A program made the translations under genes and the position numbers. A DNA stretch of 64,000 nt. Origin: Gammaproteobacteria bacterium (GTDB lineage Bacteria > Gemmatimonadota > Gemmatimonadetes > Longimicrobiales > Gaopeijiaceae). The notes beneath the pieces were generated by a model. It did not search any database and was not told where the DNA came from. It was given only the letters and a program-made list of their open reading frames with translations. The first letter of the stretch is position 1, and each line of letters opens with the position of its first letter. The stretch is taken from the NCBI GenBank assembly GCA_009841185.1, contig VXMG01000121.1, forward strand, positions 20,271-84,270, given 5' to 3'. Shown here one piece after another: positions 9,456 through 18,807 of the stretch.

Positions 9456-9706
9456 AGGTCACCTCATACGGTCAAGCCGGTCTCGCCAGCCGCTTCCACA
9501 AGCGAGCAGCCGAACATCCACGGTGAGTGCGCCGTGCCGTTCAGGCAATATCTCCGCGGCTGATCCGGCCGATCATTCGCCAGTAATTAAGAAATCGTCG
9601 CATTTTTTCATCTTTTTGTCGCATACGCATTTGCCAAACCTCGCCCGCGGCGCGACATTTGCAGAGTCCGTAACGGCGGAAGAAAGCAGCAGTTAGCTGG
9701 AGCCAC

Positions 9707-10837
9707 ATGATCCCGAAAGCCAACGGCCGGATCCCGCGCCGCGTCGATCGACTGCCTCCGTTTCCGGAGGGGTGGTACTTCATCGCGACCCGCGACACCC
9801 TGCTGAAGGAAAAGCTCATCGAGAAGGCCTGGATGGGCGAGCAGATCGTCGCGTGGTGCGACGACGATGGCCGCGTCTGCGTGGCGGACGCGTTCTGCCC
9901 GCACCTGGGCTCGCACCTGGGGCCGACGGCTGGCGGCACCATCCGGGACGGCTGCCTCGTTTGTCCCTTCCACGGCTTCACCTTCGATGCCACCGGTCAG
10001 TGCGTCGCGACGCCCAACGCTCCGGCCCCCAGAGCCGCGAAGCTGCAACTCTACGAGACCCGGGAGATCCTGGGCATGGTCTTCGCCTGGTATGGCGCCG
10101 GCGGGCGGGCGCCGCAGTGGGATCTGCCGGAGGAGCCCCCCACGGGCGCGGACTGGAGCGGGCTGCGTTTCGCCACCATGGGCTTCCGGGGCCATCCCCA
10201 GGAGACGACAGAGAACTCGGTGGACGTCGAGCACCTGGAGTACACGCACGGCTACCGGGATGTGGAGCCGACCGCCTTTTCCATCGACGGCGCCTACCTG
10301 AAGAGCTGCTTCGAGTTCACGAACGTCCGCACCGTCGCGGGGCTGATCGACATCGTGTCCGAGGTATCGGCCGTCACCCACGTCCATGGGCTGGGATTCT
10401 CGTTCGTCGAGGTTCACGAGAAGACGATCGGCATGGACTCCAGGCTGTGGGTGCTCTCGACCCCGGTCGACGGCGAGTTGGTCGAGTTGACGCTCGTCAG
10501 CCAGGCGCGCGAAGTCGCCAGGCCCGGGCGCTACATCGCCGGGCTGGGGTTCCTGCCGAAGAAGCTCCGCAACAGGCTGATGAACCGCATCCTGATCTAC
10601 GAGGAGCGGCGGTTCGTCGCACAGGACGTGGTCATCTGGGAGCGGAAACGCTACCAGTCCCCGCCGCGTCTCTGCCGGGCTGACGGGCCCATCGGCAAGT
10701 ACCGGCTGTATTGCCGTCAGTTCTACTCCGACATAGGTATCAGTAAGACCGCCGGTCCAGCTTCGGATCGTGGGCTGCGCCGCGCGTGGGCGGATCGAAT
10801 TGGATCCGGGCATCTGCCGGAGGGGAACGGGACATGA
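9707..10837 (+). CDS. Rieske [2Fe-2S] non-heme-iron oxygenase, Neverland (cholesterol 7-desaturase)/KshA-like
   Basis: Rieske ligands 'CPHLGSHLG' and 'CPFHGFTF'. Mononuclear iron motif 'ENSVDVEHLEYTH' (D-x2-H-x4-H). Size of about 376 aa is typical of KshA/Neverland-type single-component alpha subunits. Confidence 0.9.
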   Translation: MIPKANGRIPRRVDRLPPFPEGWYFIATRDTLLKEKLIEKAWMGEQIVAWCDDDGRVCVADAFCPHLGSHLGPTAGGTIRDGCLVCPFHGFTFDATGQCVATPNAPAPRAAKLQLYETREILGMVFAWYGAGGRAPQWDLPEEPPTGADWSGLRFATMGFRGHPQETTENSVDVEHLEYTHGYRDVEPTAFSIDGAYLKSCFEFTNVRTVAGLIDIVSEVSAVTHVHGLGFSFVEVHEKTIGMDSRLWVLSTPVDGELVELTLVSQAREVARPGRYIAGLGFLPKKLRNRLMNRILIYEERRFVAQDVVIWERKRYQSPPRLCRADGPIGKYRLYCRQFYSDIGISKTAGPASDRGLRRAWADRIGSGHLPEGNGT

Positions 10838-10934
10838 TGGAACCGCAGCGTATGGTGAACGTACTGATGATGGCGCATCACTTTACGCTCGAGATGGCGC
10901 CGAAGAGCTGAGACGGATTCATCCTCGGAAGACG

Positions 10935-12146
10935 ATGATCCGCCAGCCGCCGTTGCGAGCCGGTTCGGGAGAGGATTTGGAAGTTCCCGGTGCCTACGTC
11001 GAGGGGTACGAGGCCGCCCGCCAGCACGATCCGGAGCTCGCGGAGGCCTACGTCCGCAACACGATGATCGGTGATCCGCTGGCGGATGCCGTCGTCCGGG
11101 ATCTTTCGGACCTGGATCCCGGGGAACTGCACCAGACGCTGGCGCAGGCACTGGACAATCCCCACGCACCGCAGACGGGCGCCCCCGATTCCCTCGTCGA
11201 GTTCGTCGATTACTCCACCGCCGTGCCGGACTGGTTCGACGCCGACATCGCCCGCATGGCCTCGCGCGCCTTTCTGCGCAACTCGGACATCGTTCTCGCG
11301 GCCCTGGTGGGCGGCAGCATCGTCGAGGGGTTCTCCACCCTGATCAGCAAGTCGTTCCGGATCCGGGGACGGGTCACCAACTCGGGCGTGCGGCGCCTCA
11401 AGCAGAACGGGATGCAGCTTGTCGAGCAGTACCTGCCGGGTGGAATGGAGCCCGGGGGGGACGGATGGAGGCTCACCCTGCGCGTCCGGCTGGTGCACGC
11501 CCAGTCCCGATACCTGATCAACCAGTCCGATGAATGGGATCACGACCGGCTGGGAGAACCGATCAGCGCCGCGCACGTGCTCCTGGCCGGGGCGGCCTTC
11601 TCGGGCCGGCTGATGCGGCACGTGGCCACGCTGGGGGGTGACTTCAGCAGGGAGGAGCGGGAGGCCTACATTCACGTCTGGCGCTACACCGGGCTGCTCA
11701 TGGGCATCCCGGAGGATATCATCTTCGACGACGAAGCCTCGGCTTGCCGGGCGTTCGAGATCGGCTCCATGTGCGAACCTCCCGCGGACCTGGACGCGAT
11801 CATCATGGCCAACAGCATCGTGAACAGCGCGCCCGTCATCATCGGTGTCACGGACCCCGCAGAGCGCCGGAAGATGGCCCGCGTCGTGACCCAGGCGTCG
11901 CGGGAGCTGATCGGCGAGGAGCTCGCCGATTCATTCATGTTTCCCACCCGCAGGCGGAAGGTGATCCCCTGGATGCGGATTCAGAACCGGTCCCGGGGCG
12001 TCATCCGCAAGGTGCTTCCCCGCCTGGGGGCGAAGCAGGATCGGGCCCGGTTCGACGCCCTCATGGAGTTCGCCGGCTTCGAGAAGCTGAGGTACTCGTA
12101 CCGGTTGCCGACCGCGCTGCACGACGAGCACTCGTCGGACTGGTAG
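10935..12146 (+). CDS. MpaB/DUF2236-family oxygenase (family related to rubber oxygenase Lcp)
   Basis: Internal ATG at 10935 (MIRQPP...), chosen because the track ORF start overlaps the Rieske gene. 'RLVHAQSRYL' and 'HVWRYTGLLMG' are motifs I associate with DUF2236/MpaB. Confidence 0.7.
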   Translation: MIRQPPLRAGSGEDLEVPGAYVEGYEAARQHDPELAEAYVRNTMIGDPLADAVVRDLSDLDPGELHQTLAQALDNPHAPQTGAPDSLVEFVDYSTAVPDWFDADIARMASRAFLRNSDIVLAALVGGSIVEGFSTLISKSFRIRGRVTNSGVRRLKQNGMQLVEQYLPGGMEPGGDGWRLTLRVRLVHAQSRYLINQSDEWDHDRLGEPISAAHVLLAGAAFSGRLMRHVATLGGDFSREEREAYIHVWRYTGLLMGIPEDIIFDDEASACRAFEIGSMCEPPADLDAIIMANSIVNSAPVIIGVTDPAERRKMARVVTQASRELIGEELADSFMFPTRRRKVIPWMRIQNRSRGVIRKVLPRLGAKQDRARFDALMEFAGFEKLRYSYRLPTALHDEHSSDW

Positions 12147-12179
12147 CTCAGGTCCCGGCCAGCGACACCAGGCCTGCGC

Positions 12180-13217
12180 CTAGCCCCCGACTCGCGTGAA
12201 CGTGAACGTTCCGATGGGCGCGTCCGAGAACGGGGTCATGCCGCGGAGGCTGCGGATGGGCCGCTTGGGCGAGGAGTCGGCGTTGGCGGAGGTGTAGGTG
12301 GTTCCGTCGTCGGTGCCCGAGTCGTAGGGATAGAGGGTGACCTGGAGTTCGTCCACCCACTGCCCCAGGTCGTCCATCAGCGACAGCGCGGAAACGCCCA
12401 CGAACCAGTCCGGGCTCGGCGCGATCATGGTGACCAGGGTGACGAGGGGGTAGTTCCCCCGGACGACGACGCGGGAGATGGTCGCGCTGGCCGGGCTGGT
12501 GCCGAGCCCGGGTCCGCTGATGATGGAGAGTGCGTTGGCCGGGAGGTGCGCGCGGATTTCCGACCTGAGCGTGCTGGTCCCGCCCGTTTCGGCCATGCTC
12601 TCGATGCCGGGGGTGGCCGTCTCGCCGCTCGCCCAGAAGCGGACGCCGTCGTCGTGCACCGCCCCGATGAGCGGCGAGAAGTGCGCGCCGCCCGGGTAGT
12701 CGGTCGGGTGGGTGGCGGCGCTCCAGGTGGCGTCGAAGACGACGCTGTAGACGGCCGAGTCCGGCGGGGCGGGGAGCTCCCCCGCGGCCGCACGGATGTC
12801 GGTCGACACTCCCCCGGCCACCGACGCCGTGAGGGTCTGGGCACCGGCCGCATCGCCGAGCGTCCAGGTCGTGGCGGCCAGGCCGGCCGCGTCGGTGGCC
12901 GCGGTCGCGGGGTCGGCGGATCCGTGCCCGGCGGCGGCGGAGAAGGTCACGGTGACGCCCGCGACCGGCGAGCCGCCCGCGTCGTCCACCCGCACCACCA
13001 CGGCCTCGGCGAGCGTGCTGCCCGCCATCCCTTCCTGCCCGCTCCCCGACACGACCACGATGGCCGCGGGGGCGCGTGGCGCCTCTCCGGGCGGTTCGGT
13101 GCCGGAGTCGCCGCCGCAGGCGGCCAGCGCCGCAATGACGGGGATGCTTCCGAGGAGGGCCGGGAGGCCGTGGCTGCGGACGGAGGTCGATGCCCGCCGC
13201 CCGCCCGCATCACCCAA
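12180..13217 (-). CDS. Lipoprotein with a bacterial Ig-like domain and a spondin_N domain
   Basis: Lipobox 'AALAACGG'. Big-like repeat (VVSGSGQ...TVTFSAAAGHGS...TWTLG). C-terminal half 'FDATWSAATHPTDYPGGAHFSPLIGAVH...PSPDWFVGV...YPYDSGTDDG' matches spondin_N. The only in-frame start is TTG, 5 nt after the P450 stop. Confidence 0.75.
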   Translation of the reverse strand: MGDAGGRRASTSVRSHGLPALLGSIPVIAALAACGGDSGTEPPGEAPRAPAAIVVVSGSGQEGMAGSTLAEAVVVRVDDAGGSPVAGVTVTFSAAAGHGSADPATAATDAAGLAATTWTLGDAAGAQTLTASVAGGVSTDIRAAAGELPAPPDSAVYSVVFDATWSAATHPTDYPGGAHFSPLIGAVHDDGVRFWASGETATPGIESMAETGGTSTLRSEIRAHLPANALSIISGPGLGTSPASATISRVVVRGNYPLVTLVTMIAPSPDWFVGVSALSLMDDLGQWVDELQVTLYPYDSGTDDGTTYTSANADSSPKRPIRSLRGMTPFSDAPIGTFTFTRVGG

Positions 13218-13222
13218 CGCGG

Positions 13223-15250
13223 TCAGGACGGCAGCTCACGCACCTGCTCTGCGATGCGGAACTTGAGGTCCTTGCTCGGCTTCATCGACGGAAAGGGGCT
13301 GAATCGAAACTTGTAGTTCGCCGGCGACACCTCGATCGTGAAGTAATGCGCGACCAAAAGGAGGTTGACGCCCAGTTGCAGCTCCATCCACCGGGAGCCG
13401 AGGCACCTGTGTGTGCCCAGGCCATAGGGGGCGTACCCCGGGCTGCGGTGCTCATTGCGGGGATCCTTGTAGCGGTCGATATCGAAGGTGAAGGGGTCCG
13501 GGAAAACATCCTCCATGAAATGCGAGGCCGTCTGGGCGATGGCGACCCGCGTTCCAATCGGTATCTCGTAGTTCTCGACCACCCAGGTGTTCATCACGTT
13601 CCGCATGGACATCGGGACGATCGGGTACAGCCGCAGGCATTCCTTGATGAAACGGCGGGTGACGTCCATCGCGGAAAGGTTGAGGTCGTCGCCACCCGGT
13701 TCTCCGTCTTCGAAGAAGACACCGGCCTCATCCCGGATTCTGGCATAAAGCTCGGGCTGTGACGCCATGGCATAGAGCGCGCAGTTGAATCCATCCCCGA
13801 GATACACGCTGGCAACCAGCGCGGCCGACAGGGCGAACCGCAGATTCGACTCCGGTACGAACTGTGGATCGCTCGCGTGCAGGCTCAGCCAGTCATCGGC
13901 AAGGCTGCGCGGGCAGCCGGCCCGCTGGGCGGGAGTATGGACGCTGTAGACCCGTTCCAGCAACGTCTCCACTGCCTGCGCCCGGCGCTTCATTCCCGGG
14001 GTCTTCAGCATGAACTTGGGAAGGCCGTTCAGGATGTGGACGTTGAGTGCGCGTTCCTTGAACACGATCAGATCGTCGATGATATCCTGCGAATCCACGC
14101 TCAACATGAGAGGAGAGATCTGACTGTTGATCATGCGTCGGCAAAGGCGTCTTGCCGGGTAGGTGTCACCCACCGTCCAATCCGCCATGTATGCACGGGC
14201 CTGACGAAACAACAGGTCTCCCTGTCCTGCCAGCCTCGCGCGCGAGACGCCTGGCGCCATGGACTTGCGAAGCCGGAAGTGGTCTGCGCCATCGAGGGAG
14301 GGCAGGACTCCGGACGCACCATAGACTTTCTCGAAGTCGGCGAAATAGTCCCTGGCTCTCAGATACCTGCGCCCGTGCCGATTAACCCGGCGGTTTGTCC
14401 GCGGTCCGGCGAGGAAGATCATGGGTTGCGAGAACGGCGGCCGGAGCTCGAACACCGGGCCGTACTCCCTGGCCAGATCCGCGACGAGCGCGGGCAGGTT
14501 GCCACTGCGCAGGTGAGGATTCAACAGCAACTTGCGCAGCGGGACACGCGGAATCTGCTTCGCGAGGCGGGACCGCTGAACCACCGGGCCACCGAGGTTG
14601 GTCACCACCGCAGCCGCGATCGAGCGGCCGATCAGGTCCATCCTGCAGATGAGCTCGATGCGCTCGTGAGCCTCGTCGTCCAGTTGGAATATGAAACGAA
14701 AGACATCACACGAGTTCACCAGGCAGATGATGATGATGTCTCTCGGGTCCGGGATTTCCTCGGTGAAGATGACCTTGCCGATGCGCGTCCTGATGAACTG
14801 GCGTGCGGTGCCTTCCTCGGTGTCGCCGTACAGTTCCGTCTGCCAGACCCTGCGAGCCAGGGTCCAGAACTCGCCGTCGTGATGTTGCAGGATCTTGAGT
14901 TCAACCAGGCGGTCCAGCGTCAGATCGATGATCGACTCGGCACGGTGCGCGAGGTGCTCGATCCAGTACTGGGCGTTCCGTTGAACTCGCTCGTCTGCGA
15001 TCTCCTTCAGAATGGGGTCCAGTGCGGGGTCGCCCGTTTCCGTCGCGTCCACCAGGAACAGCGACTCCATGTCCGTGTCGATGCGCGTCAGGAGTGAGAG
15101 TTCCGCGAGCACCGCGCCGATGACGGCGCAATGCAGCCGCCAGCCGGGCACCTGGTGGAAGTAGCCGTTTTCCTCGTTGAGGAGCATCAGGATGAGCTCC
15201 TCGGGCAGCGTCAGCGCCTGGGTGGAGACATTCTCTGTCGCAACAGCCAT
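13223..15250 (-). CDS. GOLPH3/GPP34-like domain fused to a cytochrome P450
   Basis: The N-terminal ~200 aa 'LTLPEELILMLLNEENGYF...' are GPP34-like. The C-terminus has the ExxR motif 'KECLRLYP' and the heme loop 'YGLGTHRCLGSRWME'. Confidence 0.85.
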   Translation of the reverse strand: MAVATENVSTQALTLPEELILMLLNEENGYFHQVPGWRLHCAVIGAVLAELSLLTRIDTDMESLFLVDATETGDPALDPILKEIADERVQRNAQYWIEHLAHRAESIIDLTLDRLVELKILQHHDGEFWTLARRVWQTELYGDTEEGTARQFIRTRIGKVIFTEEIPDPRDIIIICLVNSCDVFRFIFQLDDEAHERIELICRMDLIGRSIAAAVVTNLGGPVVQRSRLAKQIPRVPLRKLLLNPHLRSGNLPALVADLAREYGPVFELRPPFSQPMIFLAGPRTNRRVNRHGRRYLRARDYFADFEKVYGASGVLPSLDGADHFRLRKSMAPGVSRARLAGQGDLLFRQARAYMADWTVGDTYPARRLCRRMINSQISPLMLSVDSQDIIDDLIVFKERALNVHILNGLPKFMLKTPGMKRRAQAVETLLERVYSVHTPAQRAGCPRSLADDWLSLHASDPQFVPESNLRFALSAALVASVYLGDGFNCALYAMASQPELYARIRDEAGVFFEDGEPGGDDLNLSAMDVTRRFIKECLRLYPIVPMSMRNVMNTWVVENYEIPIGTRVAIAQTASHFMEDVFPDPFTFDIDRYKDPRNEHRSPGYAPYGLGTHRCLGSRWMELQLGVNLLLVAHYFTIEVSPANYKFRFSPFPSMKPSKDLKFRIAEQVRELPS

Positions 15251-15627
15251 CAGCGTTGGCCCCTCGTCTCGATACGGGAAGACTGCCTCACCAACCTCGG
15301 CAACCTCATGCTCCGTTTCTCTTCGTCAGACGCCGGGACGGAAGGTTCAGCCCCGTTTCGGCGGTCGCCCAAACCCGAGCTTCCTACAGCTAAGATACAC
15401 CTGAGCATGAGCATAGCTCCACGGGCACGGCTGCGTCAAACGGAATCTGTCGCGAGAAAGCGTCGTTGTGACGCAACACCCGGCGATTCCTCGAGAGCCG
15501 ATCCCTGGATCGCGTTCGCCGGCGGTATCGCGCGCACCGCAGGGTGCCTTGATGGTGCACGGCGAGTACCCAATTAGTATCCTGTCCGTGCGCGTCCCTC
15601 GTCCACACCCAGGCCGATCCAGCACAA

Positions 15628-18600
15628 ATGAGTCGGAACTCAAACAACCACGGCGAACCGGGCGGCCCTATCGCCTATATGGCGAGCAACAGCGTCGCCG
15701 CCAATCTGCTGATGCTCGGGATCATCGCAGCGGGTCTGGTGTCGCTGACCGGTCTCGAGCAGGAGGGATGGCCCGAGGTACCCTTCAACCAGTTCGAGAT
15801 CTCCGTGCCCTTCCCCGGCGCAACCCCCGAGGAGGTGGAGGAGGCCATCGTCGTCAAGATCGAGGACCAGGTCCGGGGACTCGCCGATGTGAAGGCGGTC
15901 AGGTCCATAGCCGCCCCGGGGATGGCGTCCGTCAGGGTTGAAGTCAACTCCGGCACGGACATGGGCGCCAAGAAGGACGAGATCGAGTCGGCGGTCGGGC
16001 GTATTCAGACGTTTCCGGGCGGAGCCGAGCGGCCACAGATACGCGAGATGACCAACGCCCAGAGCATGATTCGCCTGGTCGTCTACGGCGACGTTCCCGA
16101 GCGCTCGCTGAAGGAACTCGCGTACCGGATCGAAGACGAGCTCGCTGCGCTTCCCTCCGTCTCCCAGGTCGCGACCAGCGGAGTGCGCAACTACGAGGTT
16201 TCGATCGAGGTGCCGCTACAGCGTCTCAGGGCTCTCGGCCTGACCCTGACCGATATCGCGAACACGATTCGCCGCAACTCACTGGACCTGTCCGCGGGGA
16301 GCATCGATACGCGGGAGTCCCAGGTGCGGGTGCGCACCCTTGGCCAGAGCTACGACCAGCAGGATTTCGAGGAAATCGTTCTTCTCAGCCGGGACGACGG
16401 CACGGTCGTGCGCCTGGGTGATGTCGCCGAGGTGCGCGACGGTTTCCAGGACTCCGATCTGATCGTGCGGCACCAGGGCCAGCCCGCCGTCTTCGTCGAG
16501 GTATCCCAGGCGGAGGGCGAAAGGGTCATGAGCGTGGCCCGTGCCGTCCAGGAGCATGTGGCGAACGAGGTGGTGCCTTCACTCCCCGGTGGCGTGGGCG
16601 TGACCATCTGGAACGACGATTCCACGGCGTTCTCGGAGCGTGGCGCCCTCCTCCTCAAGAACGGGGCTCTGGGGCTGCTGCTGGTGTTGATCGCGCTGGG
16701 CCTGTTTCTGGAAGTCCGACTGGCCTTCTGGGTAGCCGTCGGCCTTGGCGTTGCGGGGATCGGCGCCCTGGCCGCCATGCTGGTGTTCGACATCCCGATC
16801 CACGCTGTCTCGCTCTTCTCTTTCGTACTCGCCATCGGAATCATCGTGGACGATGCGATCGTCGTGGCCGAACATATTCATCTGGAACGAATGCGAGGGA
16901 CGCCGGGCACCGTCGCCGCAATCCGCGGTGCGCGGCGGATCAAGGTGCCGCTGATCTTCGCGGTGCTCACCACCATCGTTGCGTTCGTCCCCCTGCTCTT
17001 CATTCCCGCAGGGTTCGGAGAAGTCTGGAAGGCGCTGCCCATCATCGTCATCGCCATGCTGGTGATCTCGCTGATCGAATCGCTGCTGGTGCTGCCCAAC
17101 CACCTGTCGCACCATCTGCACGGCCCCGGCTGGGCGCCCCGCACGGGCGCGGAACGGTTCGTCGCGCGCATCCAGGGTCGGGTCGACTCCCTGCTGAACA
17201 GCTTCATACAGGGCCCCCTGGATCACGGGATGCGGTTCGCGACCGATCGACCCGGCGTGACGCTCTCCGCAGCTATCGCTCTCTTCATACTCACCGTCTC
17301 CCTGCTGCCGGCCGGCATCGTGCCGACCACCTTCGCGACCGAGGTCGAGGGAGACTTCGTAACCGCCACCCTTCAGATGCCGGACGGAACCACCGCGCAG
17401 CAGACGGACGCGGTGGCACGGGAACTGGAGGCGGCCGGTCACCGGGTCATCCAGCGTCTTTCCGAGGGCCGGCCCGAAGATGCGGCTCCGCTTCTGTCCG
17501 GCGTTACGGTTGTCGTCGGGCAGCGGTCACGGATCGAGACCGGAGGTCTCAACCCCTCGCCCACGCTGAACCCCGAAGCCAACATCGCCACCATCGAGTT
17601 CAAGCTCCTGCCGGCGCAGCAGCGGCGCATCACTTCGGGAGAAGTCATGCAGGCCTGGCGTGAGGAGGTGGGCATCCTGCCCCATGTGCGCGGGATCACC
17701 TTCATGAGCGAGATCTACACGCTGGGCAACCCGGTGGAAGCCGTGCTGTCCCATCCGGATCCGGAGCGCCTGGTAACGATCGCATCGTCCGTGGTCGATG
17801 AGCTCCGTCGAGTGGGGGGTGTCTTCGACATTCGCTCGGACCACACGCCCGGCATCCCTGAAGTCCAGTTGGGATTGCTGCCCGAAGCACGAACCCTCGG
17901 CCTCACGCTCGACGCGCTTGCCCAGCAGACGAGAGACGCTTTCTTTGGCGCGGAGGCCCTGCGGGTCCAGCGAGGACGCGACGAAGTCCGGGTCTACGTC
18001 CGGCTGCCCGAGGAGCAGCGCAACTCGATCACCGACATCGAGAGCTACCTCGTCCGTACGGCAACCGGCGCCGAGGTGCCGGTGAGCCGTGTGGCTTCAC
18101 TGAGCGCGGCCATGTCGCCGCCGGCCATCCGTCGCCAGGACGGCCAACGCGTTGCCACGGTCACTGCCGATGTAGACGCAAGTGTGATTTCCGCCGGGGA
18201 AGCCAATGGCATTCTGGAGAGCACCATCCTCGCGGGACTGGTCGATACGGACCCTGACCTGACCTACACCTTTGGTGGCGAACAACAGCAGCAGATCGAC
18301 TCTCTGGGTGCGCTCTACCGCGGTTTCGCGATAGCGTTGCTGATTATCTTCGCGCTGCTGGCCATTCCGCTGCGTTCCTATACCAAGCCGTTCATCATCA
18401 TGGCCATCATCCCGTTCGGGTTCGTCGGCGTGATCCTGGGCCACTGGATCCTGGGAGTGGCGGTGAGCGCGGAGTCCTTTGTCGGGATATTCGGCCTGGC
18501 CGGCGTGGTGGTGAACGATTCCCTGGTCATGATGGACTTCATCGATCAGGAACTTGAGGAGGGCCTTCCGGCGCGCGAGGCGATCATCGAGGGGGCCAAG

Positions 18601-18807
18601 GGCCGTTTTCGTCCGATCATGCTGACTTCGCTCACCACCTTCCTCGGCTTTACGCCGCTGATTCTCGAAGACGCAATTCAGGCGCAGTTCTTCGTTCCTT
18701 TCTCCGCCTCGATCGGGTGCGGCATCCTCTTTACCACGGCCATCCTGATGTTCCTGGTGCCCGCGCTTTCCTCGCTGCGCCTGCACTTGACCACCCGGGG
18801 CTCCTAG
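15628..18807 (+). CDS. RND-superfamily efflux permease (AcrB/HAE-like, 12 TM), with no adaptor or OMF gene adjacent
   Basis: 1059 aa. AcrB-like N-terminus 'SNSVAANLLMLGIIAAGL', large periplasmic loops, internally duplicated TM bundles. Confidence 0.95.
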   Translation: MSRNSNNHGEPGGPIAYMASNSVAANLLMLGIIAAGLVSLTGLEQEGWPEVPFNQFEISVPFPGATPEEVEEAIVVKIEDQVRGLADVKAVRSIAAPGMASVRVEVNSGTDMGAKKDEIESAVGRIQTFPGGAERPQIREMTNAQSMIRLVVYGDVPERSLKELAYRIEDELAALPSVSQVATSGVRNYEVSIEVPLQRLRALGLTLTDIANTIRRNSLDLSAGSIDTRESQVRVRTLGQSYDQQDFEEIVLLSRDDGTVVRLGDVAEVRDGFQDSDLIVRHQGQPAVFVEVSQAEGERVMSVARAVQEHVANEVVPSLPGGVGVTIWNDDSTAFSERGALLLKNGALGLLLVLIALGLFLEVRLAFWVAVGLGVAGIGALAAMLVFDIPIHAVSLFSFVLAIGIIVDDAIVVAEHIHLERMRGTPGTVAAIRGARRIKVPLIFAVLTTIVAFVPLLFIPAGFGEVWKALPIIVIAMLVISLIESLLVLPNHLSHHLHGPGWAPRTGAERFVARIQGRVDSLLNSFIQGPLDHGMRFATDRPGVTLSAAIALFILTVSLLPAGIVPTTFATEVEGDFVTATLQMPDGTTAQQTDAVARELEAAGHRVIQRLSEGRPEDAAPLLSGVTVVVGQRSRIETGGLNPSPTLNPEANIATIEFKLLPAQQRRITSGEVMQAWREEVGILPHVRGITFMSEIYTLGNPVEAVLSHPDPERLVTIASSVVDELRRVGGVFDIRSDHTPGIPEVQLGLLPEARTLGLTLDALAQQTRDAFFGAEALRVQRGRDEVRVYVRLPEEQRNSITDIESYLVRTATGAEVPVSRVASLSAAMSPPAIRRQDGQRVATVTADVDASVISAGEANGILESTILAGLVDTDPDLTYTFGGEQQQQIDSLGALYRGFAIALLIIFALLAIPLRSYTKPFIIMAIIPFGFVGVILGHWILGVAVSAESFVGIFGLAGVVVNDSLVMMDFIDQELEEGLPAREAIIEGAKGRFRPIMLTSLTTFLGFTPLILEDAIQAQFFVPFSASIGCGILFTTAILMFLVPALSSLRLHLTTRGS

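Noticed and set aside
13223-15250. Possibility that the P450 is CYP51 (sterol 14-alpha-demethylase)
   Set aside because: The heme loop 'YGLGTHRCLGSRW' and the I-helix region do not resemble the CYP51 signatures I recall (FGAGRHRCIGE, AGQHTS). The family assignment is left open.
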